A DNA stretch of 63,912 nucleotides, counting the filler, from Neolecta irregularis DAH-3 (Eukaryota), in NCBI GenBank assembly GCA_001929475.1. It is 7 parts of 7 records of this genome, joined end to end, with 100 filler letters (N's around TTAATTAATTAA, not from the genome) between each part and the next. Parts side by side here need not be neighbours in the genome. Positions count along the whole stretch, not along the records: positions 61,147 to 63,912 come from LXFE01000780.1; 6 more parts are not named here. One strand, given 5' to 3'. Numbering within the stretch: the first letter of the stretch is position 1; every line of letters starts with the position of its first letter. The position numbers and the translations under genes were made by a program. Below the pieces are notes generated by a model. It did no database searches. It worked only from the letters and a program-made list of their open reading frames with translations, and was not told where the DNA came from. Shown piece after piece: positions 63,860 through 63,912 of this stretch.

Positions 63860-63912
63860 CCCGTCTCTCTCCCGCCTCTCCCGCCTCGCCCGTCCCGCCC
63901 GCCCTCTCTCCC
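63860..63912 (-). repeat. C-rich array, inverted copy of 62225-62345 (continues beyond window)
   Basis: ctctcccgcctctcccgcctcgcccgtcccgcccgcc is the reverse complement of the ggcgggagag/gacgggcgaggcg units. Confidence 0.85.

Overview
Eukaryotic (fungal) genomic scaffold with compact genes and many very short (about 36-55 nt) spliceosomal introns. The gene style is consistent with an early-diverging ascomycete (Taphrinomycotina-like; inference only). Six 100-nt gaps carry an artificial TTAATTAATTAA linker, so the window consists of seven joined contigs. Recognisable genes: CET1-type RNA triphosphatase (partial), a secreted pepsin-family protease, ARMC8/Vid28, ERG27, ERG1, MRM1, a DDHD phospholipase, Whi3/Scw1, an Ato/Gpr1 transporter, a Myb-domain protein, MIX23, a head-to-head THI20/THI6 pair, CDK7/KIN28, RTF1, an intron-containing tRNA-Lys(UUU) and kynureninase BNA5, plus several orphan genes. 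Accessory DNA includes a roughly 9-kb nest of decayed Ty3/Gypsy elements with CpG-to-TpG hypermutation, two families of solo LTRs, and hAT-like termini and GC-rich subterminal repeats. Best leads: (1) kynureninase tightly bracketed by inverted transposon-type repeats (possible gene capture); (2) a thiamine-salvage gene pair sharing a 79-bp palindrome-rich promoter; (3) unusually frequent non-canonical (GC-AG and one AT-AG) introns; (4) an orphan secreted protein with two 4-Cys repeats and a cationic amphipathic tail; (5) CpG-targeted repeat mutation. Exon boundaries were read by eye and are approximate.
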